A stretch of DNA of 64,000 nucleotides from a bacterium. GTDB taxonomy: Bacteria; UBA8248. A model generated the notes under the pieces. The model saw only the letters and a program-made list of their open reading frames with translations. It was not told the DNA's origin and did no database searches. Shown piece by piece: positions 19,923-29,777 of the stretch. Both the position numbers and the translations under genes were made by a program. The DNA lies in the NCBI GenBank assembly GCA_965213625.1, contig CBDBZU010000004.1:3008001-3072000 (forward strand), written 5' to 3'. The first letter of the stretch is position 1; each line of letters starts with the position of its first letter.

Positions 19923-20759
19923 ATGTCGAGCGACAACCCGAAAGGCTATGCGAACCCCGACCTGCTCTGGTCGGTCGAACAACTCAATGTGCGCATGGAC
20001 GACCCTGGCTTAAGAATCATCGACACGCGCCCCGGCGAGCGCTACACAATGGGCCACATTCCCGGCGCGCGGCATTTCGACGTCTACGGCGTGAACAGCG
20101 ATGACTCCGACGAGGCGCCGCTCAGGAATTTTTTCTCCATGTGGGCGTTCTTGCTGGGAAACCGGGGGGTATCCTTCGAGAACACCATCATCTTCTACGA
20201 CGATTTCGTCGGCAACACGAGCGTGCGCGGCTTCTGGATGCTGGAGCTTTTCGGCCACAAGGACGTCCACGTGCTGGACGGCGGCTACGGCGCATGGGAG
20301 CGGGCGGGCTATGAGACGACGCGCGACGCCGAGGTGCCCAAAGCCGCTTCTTTCCAGATGGCGTTCGAGCCGCACCGCCTCGCCACGCGCGAGGACGTAC
20401 TGACGGCCATCGAGGATGACAACCACATGCTCCTCGACACGCGCTCGATTGAGGAGTGGGAGGGACGGGGCAAGAGGGCCAAACGGGACGGAATCATCCC
20501 CGGAGCGGTCTGGCAGGAATGGCTCCAGCACCTGACGCCCGAGGGCGAGATGAAGCCCGCGGATGAGCTTCGCGCGCAGTTCGAGGCCATCGGAATCACT
20601 CCCGAGAAAGAAGTGACCGCCTACTGACAGACGGGCTACCGTGCGGCGCACGGTTATTTCGCTCTCCGTCTTCTGGATTATCCAAAGGTGAGAAACTACA
20701 TGAGCTCCTGGAAAGAATGGGGGAACCGGGAGGATACGCCCATCGTGCAGGCGCAATAG
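19923..20759 (+). CDS. Tandem-rhodanese sulfurtransferase (SseA/CysA-type), probable selenoprotein with Sec at TGA 20625-20627 (278 aa)
   Basis: GHIPGA, VLDGG, LLDTR, GIIPGA. Reading through the TGA gives [48 protein letters not shown], restoring the active-site loop and the C-terminal rhodanese signature. TAG stop at 20757-20759. Confidence 0.9.
20638..20654 (+). promoter_or_regulatory. Candidate bacterial SECIS element
   Basis: ACCGTGC-GGC-GCACGGT perfect 7-bp stem; G-led apical loop starting 18 nt after the UGA. Confidence 0.75.
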
Positions 20760-20898
20760 CGCAGACGCAGCGGTAAATTGAAGGCGCTTGCCTCTATCAT
20801 TCTAATAGTCGATACAGGTTCACGAAATAAACTATCACGGCCACGACATCTTCTGGATGGGGCCATTATCTATCATCATGGACTCTTGGAGGTTTACC

Positions 20899-21914
20899 AT
20901 GAAGAGTAATTTCGTTCGTAATATCCTTGCCGTTGCGCTCGTTTATGCGCTCTCGCCGGCGGGACTCGCCTCGGCTGCGCCCACGCTCAAGCTCGGCGCT
21001 GCCAGCAACACCGGCGGCATGATTGTCTTTGTCGGTGTCGACAAGGGTTTCTTTGCCAAAAACGGGCTGGACGGGAAAGTCGTCGTACGCAACACGGGCG
21101 CCCAGCTCACCAAATCGCTCAAGGCCGGGCAGATCGACTTCGCTCCCGCCGCTTTCACCAACCTGCCGGCGGCTCTGGAGCGCGGCATCAAGGTGCGCGG
21201 CGTAGTAGGCTATGTTGGCGGCTCGTACACGAAATCCACCACGGATGAGATGGTGGGCATCGCCGTGCGCCCCGGAACGGGCGTAAAGAGCATCAAGGAC
21301 TTGAAAGGCAAGAAAATCGGGGCCACCTTCGGCTCCACCGGCGACCTCTACCTCCGCACCCTGCTGGAGAGAAACGGCATCGGCGTGGGCGGCGTGCGCC
21401 GCATCAACGTGCGTCCGCCGAGTCTCGTCTCGCTGTTCGATTCGGGGGCGTGGACGCCATGGTCGCGTGGGAGCCCTACCTCACACGCATGACCGACAAG
21501 GTGAAAGGCTCCTCCATCGTGTCGCGCGGCGGCGACTACGTGTGCTTCTGCGCGGGTATGCACGGCGTGCCGGATCGCGTCTACAAAGACAAAAAGGCGA
21601 CCCAGGCGTTCGTGAACGGCATGTCCGAGGCGGCCGCTTATGTGCGCGACCCCAAGAACATAGACGAGATCTCGAAAATCGGCGCGCGCTACGTCCGCGG
21701 CATGGACGCCGCCCTCATCAAGCGCACCATCAAGTGGTGGACGTATGACACGCGTCTGGGCGAGAACACGCTCAAGGCCTTCAACTTCTCGGTGAAGCAG
21801 CTTATCGCCCAGAAGAAGATGAAGCGCCCCTACGACCCCAAGAAATACTTCGACTTCCAGTTCATCAACCGGACCATGAAGGAACATCCCGAGTGGTTCA
21901 AGGATCTCAAATAG
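20899..21914 (+). CDS. ABC transporter substrate-binding protein (TauA/SsuA/NMT1 family), frameshifted in the G-run at 21444-21448
   Basis: Signal peptide, DLKGKKIG. Adding one G gives DSGGVDAMVAWEPY and joins ORFs 20857..21492 and 21450..21914. Confidence 0.85.
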
Positions 21915-21929
21915 TCGAATACGCCTGAC

Positions 21930-21963
21930 ATCCGCGCTCCGCGCCATCCGCCGGGGCGCGGAT
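21930..21963 (+). terminator. Intercistronic hairpin after the binding-protein gene (mRNA stabiliser or attenuator)
   Basis: ATCCGCGCTCCG...CGGGGCGCGGAT inverted repeat. Confidence 0.5.
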
Positions 21964-21989
21964 TGCGCTTTGAAAGGAAACGGTGAGAA

Positions 21990-22778
21990 ATGCCGGCGAA
22001 ACTGGTCGTAGACAGACTATCGCACCACTATCCGGACGAATACACGGGAGAGGACGTTCACGCGCTCGATCAGGTGAGCCTATCGGTGGAGGACGGCGAG
22101 TTTTCCGCCGTCGTCGGACCGAGCGGCTGCGGCAAGACCACACTGCTCAACATTCTCGCGGGGCTACTTCCCCACACCGAGGGCAGCGTAAAGGTGGACG
22201 ACAAGGAGGTGCAGGGACCGGGACCGGACCGGGGAGTCGTGTTTCAGGAACACGCCATTCTCCCCTGGCGCACCGTGGCAAGAAACATCGGCCACGGCCT
22301 GGAGATTCAGGGCATCGCCAGGAGCGAGCGGGAGCAAAGGGTGCAGGAGTTCGTGGACCTGGTCGGCCTGTCGGGCTTTGAGGATCGCTATCCGCACGAA
22401 CTCTCGGGCGGCATGAAGCAACGCTGCGCCCTCGCGCGGACGCTGTGCGCGAACCCGGTGGTGATGCTCATGGACGAGCCCTTCGCCGCCGTGGACGCAC
22501 AGACGAGAATCACCTTGCAGGAAGAGCTGAATCGCATCGCCATCGCGACGAAGAAGACCATTCTCTTCATCACGCACAACGTGGATGAGGCCGCGTTCCT
22601 GGGCGATCGGTGCTTCATCTTCTCGCGCCGCCCTGGGAAGCTCAAGGCCACTGTCAAGATCAACGTTCCGCGCGAGAATCGCATCTGGAAGGACTTGCTC
22701 TCCGAGAAAACCTACACCGACCCGCGCGATGAAATTCTCCGCCTCGTGCGCGAGGAGGTGTTCGATGACGAGGAGTAG
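21990..22778 (+). CDS. ABC transporter ATP-binding protein (TauB/SsuB/NrtD-like)
   Basis: GPSGCGKT, LSGGMKQR, MDEPFAAVD, ITHNVDEA. Confidence 0.95.
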   Translation: MPAKLVVDRLSHHYPDEYTGEDVHALDQVSLSVEDGEFSAVVGPSGCGKTTLLNILAGLLPHTEGSVKVDDKEVQGPGPDRGVVFQEHAILPWRTVARNIGHGLEIQGIARSEREQRVQEFVDLVGLSGFEDRYPHELSGGMKQRCALARTLCANPVVMLMDEPFAAVDAQTRITLQEELNRIAIATKKTILFITHNVDEAAFLGDRCFIFSRRPGKLKATVKINVPRENRIWKDLLSEKTYTDPRDEILRLVREEVFDDEE

Positions 22779-23589
22779 CGAGACGGCTCCAAGAGGAAAA
22801 GTACGATCGAGGCGCTGGAGGAGTTTCATCAAGGGAGGCGGCATCGAACTCGTGCTCCTCATCGCGGGGATTCTCGTCTTGTGGAGCGTTATTTCCGAGA
22901 ACATCCCCAACCCGAGCCGCTACCTCCCCTCTCCCCTTTCGGTCGTCCTGTCTTCTACCGACGTCATCTGGAAGGGTTTATTGCCAAACTACATCGGCCA
23001 GACGCTCTGGCGGCTCGTCATCGGCAGCGCCATCGGCCTGTTGCTCGGCATCCCGTTCGGCATCGCCCTGGGGCTGAACCGCACCGTTTCGGACATGTTC
23101 TATCCCATCATGAATTTCTTTCAGTCCATATCGGGTATCGCCATTCTTCCGATCATCGTCGTCTGGTGGGGCAACAGCGAGAAGACGGTGTTCGTCGTCA
23201 TTCTATATACCTGCTTTTTCCCGATAGCCTTCAACGTCCTGACGGGCGTTCGCAGCACCCCGATGATTCTGGTGAACGCCCTGAGAACACTCGGGGCTTC
23301 GCGCCTGAGAATCGTAAAGGACGTACTGATACCAAGCGCCATGCCCCACATCGCCACAGGCGCCCGGCTGGGGATCGGTTACGCATGGCGGGCCGTCATC
23401 GCGGGCGAAATGCTCGCCGGCAGGCGCGGTCTGGGGTGGATGATCTTCACCTCGCAGGATGCGGACCTCACCGCCCAGGTCATCCTCGGCATGGTGATGA
23501 TCGGCGTCATCTGGATCATGATCGATCGCTTCGCCCTGCGTCCCATCGAGGCGGACACCATTCAAAGGTGGGGGCTCGTTCAACGATGA
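22765..23589 (+). CDS. ABC transporter permease (TauC/SsuC-like)
   Basis: LPSP, NALRTLGAS loop, WRAVIAGEM. Confidence 0.92.
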   Translation: MTRSSETAPRGKVRSRRWRSFIKGGGIELVLLIAGILVLWSVISENIPNPSRYLPSPLSVVLSSTDVIWKGLLPNYIGQTLWRLVIGSAIGLLLGIPFGIALGLNRTVSDMFYPIMNFFQSISGIAILPIIVVWWGNSEKTVFVVILYTCFFPIAFNVLTGVRSTPMILVNALRTLGASRLRIVKDVLIPSAMPHIATGARLGIGYAWRAVIAGEMLAGRRGLGWMIFTSQDADLTAQVILGMVMIGVIWIMIDRFALRPIEADTIQRWGLVQR

Positions 23590-24446
23590 GTGTACTCCAG
23601 ACGGCCGCCATCGGCATTCAAAAACGCTTCGGCCGCCAGCGGCTGCGGAGAATCATGCTGGGGAGCATCCCCTTCGTCGTGCTGCTGGCCTTCTGGCAGA
23701 TGAACACCTCGATGGAATGGCTCCCGCCTGTCTTCATCCCGCCCATCGGCACCATTTGGGAGGCGATTTACACGCTTTCAGATGGTTGTACAGGGGCGAG
23801 CGCGGTGCTCTCGATGCAGTACGAGTGCATGTTCACCAACCACATTCTCTCGAGCCTGGGCCGCGTGGGGCTGAGCCTCGTCATCGGCATTCCATCGGGA
23901 ATCGCCCTCGGCGTGCTGGCGGGCATGAGCCGCCGCTTCGCCCATGCGCTCGAGCCCATCGGCGTGTTCGCGAACGCCATATCGGGCATCGCATGGGTGC
24001 CGCTCGCCATCGTGTGGTTCGGAACCGGCTGGCTGACGACGCTCTTCATCCTGTTGAACACCGTATTCTGGCTTATCTTCTTCAACACGCTTTTGGGCGT
24101 GCGGGGCGTGCCCCGGGTGTATGAGAACTCCGTCATGACGATGGGCGGCGGGCGGTGGGCCATCATCACCCAGGTTTATATTCCCGGCGCCCTTCCCAGT
24201 ATCGTCACCGGCGTGCGCATGAGCATGGGCTTCGGCTGGCGCGCGCTCATCGCCGCGGAGATGATAGGCGGCGACAGCGGCCTGGGCTTCATGATCTTCG
24301 TCTCCGCGGCAGAATACAAGATTGAAGAGGTGTTCCTTGGCGTGCTCGTCATCGCCATCATGTGGATGATCACCGACAGGCTGCTTCTCATCCCGCTCGA
24401 GAGATGGACCATTCAGAGGTGGGGCATGGTCTGGAGGCCGGACTAA
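23586..24446 (+). CDS. Second ABC transporter permease (TauC/SsuC-like)
   Basis: ATGA overlap; IAWVPLAIVWFG, GALPSIVTG, WRALIAAEM. Confidence 0.92.
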   Translation: MSVLQTAAIGIQKRFGRQRLRRIMLGSIPFVVLLAFWQMNTSMEWLPPVFIPPIGTIWEAIYTLSDGCTGASAVLSMQYECMFTNHILSSLGRVGLSLVIGIPSGIALGVLAGMSRRFAHALEPIGVFANAISGIAWVPLAIVWFGTGWLTTLFILLNTVFWLIFFNTLLGVRGVPRVYENSVMTMGGGRWAIITQVYIPGALPSIVTGVRMSMGFGWRALIAAEMIGGDSGLGFMIFVSAAEYKIEEVFLGVLVIAIMWMITDRLLLIPLERWTIQRWGMVWRPD

Positions 24447-24449
24447 AAG

Positions 24450-24815
24450 ATGGACGATTCCGCAACCACTCCCAAGAGCGACCAAAGCGAACGCCGCTGG
24501 ACGCAGCATCCCACCGTGCGCTTCCTGGCGGCCGCGGCGCTTCTGTTCGCCCTCTATTACGGATACGGCTACGCGACGGCCCCCTCGCGCCTCACGCCCG
24601 CGCTTAAGGCGCACCTTGCGACCGGCCCCGAAAGGCTCGCACTACTCGTCACGGCGAAATTCCCGCCCGAGGAGTTCCACATCCGCATCTACCAGAACCT
24701 AGGCAGCATGCGCGGCGTGAAAGGCTCCACGGCCGAGCTCGTCTCCGTCACGCCCTCAGGCCTGAGCACGCTTTCGCAGTATTACTGGATCGAGAAGATT
24801 GACTTGAAGAAATAA
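24450..24815 (+). CDS. Hypothetical single-TM protein in the ABC operon
   Basis: 3 nt after the permease stop; one N-terminal TM, then a small soluble domain (KFPPEEFH...YWIEKID). Confidence 0.75.
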   Translation: MDDSATTPKSDQSERRWTQHPTVRFLAAAALLFALYYGYGYATAPSRLTPALKAHLATGPERLALLVTAKFPPEEFHIRIYQNLGSMRGVKGSTAELVSVTPSGLSTLSQYYWIEKIDLKK

Positions 24816-24871
24816 CGGGAGAGCTAGGCGCGCTCCCCATACGCATCAAACTCTTGCACGTCTGAGTCGGT

Positions 24872-25297
24872 CTACACCTGCCTCGGGTGCAGTTCTTCGT
24901 ATTTTCCGTGGTCCGTGTCGATATCCGCCATGTGGCGGAAAATCTCTTCATACCCCGGCGGTGAAAATATCCACAGGAGTTTCAGAGGAACGTCGCCGGT
25001 GTTTCTTAAGCCGTGTGTTACCCCCACAGGCAGAAACGCAGTCATGCCCGCCTTGACTTGATAAACCTCGCCGTCAACTTCCACATCGGCCTCGCCTTCG
25101 TGGAAGAACAGGATTTCTTCTTCTTTTTCATGCAGATGAACGGGGATTCCGCCGCCGACGGGGATGTCCTGATTCCCCATGCTGAGTTTTCGGGAGTTCG
25201 TGTTCCGGGGGTCGATGAGGATACGCCATCCCCGGGGAAGTTCTATGTCCACCATCTCGATCTTTTCGCCGTCGTCCCAATCGAACACGTATGACAT
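24872..25297 (-). CDS. Cupin domain protein
   Basis: IPVHLHEKEEE and PVGVTHGLRN cupin motifs; ATG 25297. Confidence 0.88.
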   Translation of the reverse strand: MSYVFDWDDGEKIEMVDIELPRGWRILIDPRNTNSRKLSMGNQDIPVGGGIPVHLHEKEEEILFFHEGEADVEVDGEVYQVKAGMTAFLPVGVTHGLRNTGDVPLKLLWIFSPPGYEEIFRHMADIDTDHGKYEELHPRQV

Positions 25298-25358
25298 TTT
25301 GAAACCCTCCCCAGCCTTGCGCGCGCGAAGGCGTGGGCCGCGCCGACTGAGCGGCGCG

Positions 25359-26396
25359 TCAGGCCATCGCGGGCGCGACCTCATTGGCGAATCTTTCCAA
25401 AAGTTTGAGAGACTCCTCGTGCTTCATCCCGTCGCCGTAAACGCCGAGAATCACGTGGTTCAGACCAAAATCATCCCTCAACCGATAAAGCTCCTGAATG
25501 TTTTCTTCTGCTGAGCCGATAACCCCGCCTCCGTTCAGGAACTCGCGCACGTCGAGCTTGTAGCTCCAGTTGCGCTGGAGGTGCCTGCCCTCCTCGTCCG
25601 TAAACTCCACCTCGTTCACCCTGGCGCGGTATTCGAGGTAGGAAGAAAGGCCTCGCTCGAAGTTGTTTAGATAATCGGTCTGCTCGCCCTCCTCACAGAC
25701 GTAGAAGCGATGCGTCATGGTGTAGTCGACCTCGGACAGGTCGCCCCCGACCTTCGCCACGGCTTCCTCGTAGAGTTTCATCTTCTCGCGGTAGACCTGT
25801 GGACCCTTGAAGCCGGCCGAGGCCATGATCTTGAAGCCGTTCTCGCCTGCGTAAGTGTATGTCTCGGGACTCGTGCCGGCCAGCCAGATGGGCGGCCTAG
25901 GTTTCTGGAGGGGTTTGGGAAAGATTTCAACATTCTTGCACTGATAAAACTCGCCCTCGAAGGTTACCTGCTCACCTTCCAGGAGCCTCGAGATTATCTC
26001 CATGCCCTCGACGAGCCGCTTTCTGCTCTCTGAAGGCTTCGCGCCGAACGTCTTGAACTCCTTGGGCTGGGAACCACGACCCACGCCGAGTTCGAGCCTT
26101 CCGCCGCTCAGGAGATCTACCACCGCCGCCTGCTCGGCCAGACGCACCGGATTGTGGAAGGGCAAAATGGAAATCGCCGTCCCCAGGCGGATGGTCTTCG
26201 TCTTTTGCGCAAGCGCCGCGCACCAGAGCAAGGGGTCCGGGCACATACCGACCTTCGAAAAGTGATGCTCCGCGAACCAGGCGCAATGGTAACCGAGTTC
26301 ATCCGCCGCCTGGCATTGCTCCATCACCTTCTGATAGGCGTCGGCTTCCGATTCGTCCCCCTCGGGACAGATCACGTAAAAAATCGAGAATTTCAC
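25359..26396 (-). CDS. LLM class flavin-dependent monooxygenase (luciferase-like)
   Basis: WFAEHHFS, HNPVRLAE, LSGGRLELGVGRG, PKPLQKPRPP. Confidence 0.93.
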   Translation of the reverse strand: MKFSIFYVICPEGDESEADAYQKVMEQCQAADELGYHCAWFAEHHFSKVGMCPDPLLWCAALAQKTKTIRLGTAISILPFHNPVRLAEQAAVVDLLSGGRLELGVGRGSQPKEFKTFGAKPSESRKRLVEGMEIISRLLEGEQVTFEGEFYQCKNVEIFPKPLQKPRPPIWLAGTSPETYTYAGENGFKIMASAGFKGPQVYREKMKLYEEAVAKVGGDLSEVDYTMTHRFYVCEEGEQTDYLNNFERGLSSYLEYRARVNEVEFTDEEGRHLQRNWSYKLDVREFLNGGGVIGSAEENIQELYRLRDDFGLNHVILGVYGDGMKHEESLKLLERFANEVAPAMA

Positions 26397-26585
26397 GTCA
26401 CTTCATCCTTCGTCTTCTTTTTTCATTCGTGGAATCGACATCGTCCCCCCCTTCTCGGGCGATTTCGTCTATTGAGCTGAATCATTAAATTAGCATCTTC
26501 TTCAGGGTCTGAGAAGCGTTCCAGCCTTGGGCGACAATTTTTTCGACCTGGGCTAGGATGCGGCATTATCCAAAGGAGGAAAGTC

Positions 26586-27335
26586 ATGCGTTTCGAGAAT
26601 AAGACCATCATCATCACGGGCGCGGGCGGGGGTATCGGACGGGCAAGCGCGCTCAGGCTCGCGCGAGAGGGCGCGCACGTCGTCTGCATGGACATCGCCG
26701 AATCTCGCGAGGAAACCGTCAAGCTCATCAAAGAAGACGACGGGGGCGACGCGAGCTCAGTGGCCTATGACGCATTGAACTCAGAAGGCGTGAAGGAAGT
26801 CTTCCGGGAGACGATTTCAACGCACGGACCCATCGACTGCCTCGTGAACTGCGTCGGGGCGGGTCTTCCTCTTTCAGCGCTTGAGATCGACGAAGAGGCC
26901 TTCGACAAGATGTTCGACATGAACGTCAAGACCACCTACCGCGCCTGCTGGGCGGTGCTGCCCCACATGCAGGAGAGAAGGAGCGGCAGAATCATCAATT
27001 TCTCCTCCGTCGCGGGCCGCTCCGCCAGCGTGCTCCAGGGACCGCATTATTCGAGCGCCAAGGCCGCCGTTATCGGCCTGACGCGCCACCTGGCGCGCGA
27101 GTTCGGCCCCCACAACATCAACGTGAACGCGATTGCGCCCGGCGTCATCGGCACCGATCGAATCCTCGAACAAATGAGCGACTCACAAAGGCAAAGAACC
27201 GAAGGCGCCACGCCCCTGGGGCGCATCGGCAGCCCTGATGATATCGCGGGCGTCGTCGCCTTTCTCGCCTCCGAGGATGCGCGCCACGTCACCGGCGTCA
27301 CCATCGACGTGAACGGCGGATTCTTTTTGGCTTAG
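26586..27335 (+). CDS. Short-chain dehydrogenase/reductase (FabG-like)
   Basis: TGAGGGIG, YSSAK, NAIAPG, DVNGG. Confidence 0.93.
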   Translation: MRFENKTIIITGAGGGIGRASALRLAREGAHVVCMDIAESREETVKLIKEDDGGDASSVAYDALNSEGVKEVFRETISTHGPIDCLVNCVGAGLPLSALEIDEEAFDKMFDMNVKTTYRACWAVLPHMQERRSGRIINFSSVAGRSASVLQGPHYSSAKAAVIGLTRHLAREFGPHNINVNAIAPGVIGTDRILEQMSDSQRQRTEGATPLGRIGSPDDIAGVVAFLASEDARHVTGVTIDVNGGFFLA

Positions 27336-27365
27336 TCGGCAAGGATTTTGTCAGGCGACACAAGG

Positions 27366-27526
27366 GGGGTTGTTGAAAACCTCCCTGAAGGAGCGCGCTA
27401 AATTTCACACCCCCTTGAGTGGCTGTAGAAAAACCCCCTGAGAGGGTAAAGGCAACTCCATTGAAAGGGAAGCCCCATAAAGGCACCCCCCCCTACCCCC
27501 TAAAAGCGGACTTTTACAACAACCCC
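27366..27526. mobile_element. MITE-like 161-bp element with terminal inverted repeats
   Basis: GGGGTTGTTGAAAA...TTTACAACAACCCC (13/14 match); the same termini and internal motifs recur at 55355-55847. Confidence 0.55.
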
Positions 27527-27531
27527 AAATG

Positions 27532-29670
27532 CTAACCCTCGGGAGACTCCGCCTCAAATGGCACGGGGGTCACGAAATCCTTTGGCCGCATGAGCTGCAT
27601 GACGACCGAGACGATCAGCAGCGCAAGCCCCGTCGTCTTGTACCACATGCCGTTCCAGAACAGGGCTACACCGGCTACACCCATGAGGACGCGGTCGAAC
27701 ACCGTCAGGATGCGCAGGAAATAGCCTTCCAGAGCCGCAGAGGTGCATATGAAGCCAAGGGCAGCGCTCACCCACACCAGGATTACCTGATCCCAGGGCC
27801 CGTTGATCAGGATCGGCGTGTAAGCCATCAAGAGCGGGACGACGTAGAGCGGCTTCGCCAGCTTGAGCGAAATGAAGCCCGTCCGCATGGGGTCGCACTG
27901 CGCGACGCCCGCCGCCACGAAGGCGCCGAGAGCGAAGGGCGGCGTCAGGGCCGCGTCCTGACTCAGCCAGAGGATGATCATGTGCGCGGCGAACATCGAG
28001 AGACCGAAGTCCATCAGCGCGGGTCCGGCCAGTATGGCGATGAGGATGTAGCTCGCCGTGATCGTCATCCCCATGCCCAGGATGTAGCTGGCGAGCGCCA
28101 CCAGAGCCACCGCCAGCCAGAGCATGTTGTTCGAATAGGAGAGGATGATGGCCGTCATCTTCTGGGCCAGATCGGGATGCGTGACGCCCGTGAGCACGAG
28201 GCCCATGACGCCCGCCGTCGCGCCGATGACGAGCGAATTCACAGAACCCGTAACGAACGCGTCCCCAATTTCGGACATGATGCGCCGCGCCTCCTGATGC
28301 CGCCACGACAGGAAGCATGCGATCAGCACGTAGAAATACACCGCGTCGCCGCCGTAAATGATGCTGGCGAAGAATACAGCCGCCTGCAGCCCCAGGAGAT
28401 ACCAGCATTTCTGCTTGAACGTACTCACCACCACGGAGGCGACGATGGCCCAGAAGCCCGCGAAAAACGGTGAAAACTGAAGGATGAGGAGCATGATGAG
28501 GAGCACGATGGGGATGAGCAATATCCCGTCTTTTTTCATCACGCCCCAGAAATCGGGCAACTCATCCTTGGTAAGACCTTGTAAGTTGTTCTTGCTCGCG
28601 TAGTAGTGGACCGACATGAAGACGGAGAGATAATAGAGCAGCGCGGGCACGAGGCTCACGAGCGCGACCTTGTAGTAGGGCGTCTCGGTCATCGCGGCGA
28701 GGATGAAGGCGGCGGACGCCATGATGGGCGGCATGAGGTGGCCGCCGATGCTGGCCACCGCCTCTGTCGCCGCGGCGTAAGTGGCCTTGAATCCCGCGCG
28801 CTTCATGAGGGGGATAGTAAACGTGCCGGTGATGACGATGTTCGCCGCCCCGCTTCCTACGATAGAGCCAACGAGGCCGCTCGACACAACGGACGCCTTC
28901 GCCGCCCCGCCCTTGAAACGGCCCACGAGCGCGAAGGCGAGATCGACGAACACGTCCCCCACCCTCGTGGCCTGGAGCAGCGCGCCGAATATCAGGAAGA
29001 GGAACACAACTTGCGCGTAGACGCGGGTGATGACCCCGTAGATACCCGACTGGCTGTAGAGGTAGCCCATCACGTAGCCGAACTCCGCACCCTTGTGCGA
29101 GAGCAGACCGGGAAACATCGGTCCCGCCCAGTCGTAGAACAGGAATACGATGGCGACTATCGGCAAAACCAGACCAAGCACGCGGCGGCACGTTTCCCAG
29201 ACGAGACATGCGGCGGCGAAGCCGAACACCACGTCGTTCCATTCCACGATGCCCGCCCGTGCGCCCCGATCGTCGTAGTAATACATGAACTCGCACATCA
29301 CGACGAAGCTGAGTACGCACCAGAGCAAGTCGAAACCAGAGGGCCTGTCTTTAGGCGAACTCGCCCTGCAAGGGTACAGCATAAAAGTAAGAACGGATGT
29401 AAAGCAGATGAAGATGGGAAGAGAGAACTGTTCGCCGTAATACGGTATGTAGGGAAATTCGAGTTGCATCAGTTTCAATGCTCTGGGGCCGAAGACCGTA
29501 AAACTTCCGTTCACCGCGCCGAAGAGAAAATATACGGCGAAGATGAAACCCAGCACGCGCAGCGCCCAGAGGGAATTACCGCTCAGCGTCCTCGTCGTGG
29601 AGAGACCCGCCCCGAGGAAGCTGCCGATTTTGTCCAAAACGCCGCGAAAACCCAATACGTGACCCCCCAA
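27532..29670 (-). CDS. TRAP transporter fused 4TM/12TM permease (TAXI type)
   Basis: GGAAKASVVSS, GSGAAN, TGTFTIPLMKR, EAVASIGG..MPPIM, LTPP. Confidence 0.93.
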   Translation of the reverse strand: MGGHVLGFRGVLDKIGSFLGAGLSTTRTLSGNSLWALRVLGFIFAVYFLFGAVNGSFTVFGPRALKLMQLEFPYIPYYGEQFSLPIFICFTSVLTFMLYPCRASSPKDRPSGFDLLWCVLSFVVMCEFMYYYDDRGARAGIVEWNDVVFGFAAACLVWETCRRVLGLVLPIVAIVFLFYDWAGPMFPGLLSHKGAEFGYVMGYLYSQSGIYGVITRVYAQVVFLFLIFGALLQATRVGDVFVDLAFALVGRFKGGAAKASVVSSGLVGSIVGSGAANIVITGTFTIPLMKRAGFKATYAAATEAVASIGGHLMPPIMASAAFILAAMTETPYYKVALVSLVPALLYYLSVFMSVHYYASKNNLQGLTKDELPDFWGVMKKDGILLIPIVLLIMLLILQFSPFFAGFWAIVASVVVSTFKQKCWYLLGLQAAVFFASIIYGGDAVYFYVLIACFLSWRHQEARRIMSEIGDAFVTGSVNSLVIGATAGVMGLVLTGVTHPDLAQKMTAIILSYSNNMLWLAVALVALASYILGMGMTITASYILIAILAGPALMDFGLSMFAAHMIILWLSQDAALTPPFALGAFVAAGVAQCDPMRTGFISLKLAKPLYVVPLLMAYTPILINGPWDQVILVWVSAALGFICTSAALEGYFLRILTVFDRVLMGVAGVALFWNGMWYKTTGLALLIVSVVMQLMRPKDFVTPVPFEAESPEG

Positions 29671-29729
29671 GAACGATGCCGCATTTCCGGCAAGGCTCCA
29701 TCAACGAGAAGAAATGCCTCGCTGGAAAT

Positions 29730-29760
29730 ACCGGCCGGGAGATTGCCTCCCCCGGCCGGT
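29730..29760 (-). terminator. Intercistronic hairpin between the TAXI and permease genes
   Basis: ACCGGCCGGG...CCCGGCCGGT perfect 10-bp stem. Confidence 0.55.
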
Positions 29761-29777
29761 GAGATGCGCGAGTTCTT

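Noticed and set aside
18977-19936. 319-aa minus-strand ORF
   Set aside because: Antisense to the SDR at 19160-19906.
20625-20627. TGA as the true stop of a 234-aa sulfurtransferase
   Set aside because: It would delete the catalytic residue and the conserved C-terminus, both of which continue in frame.
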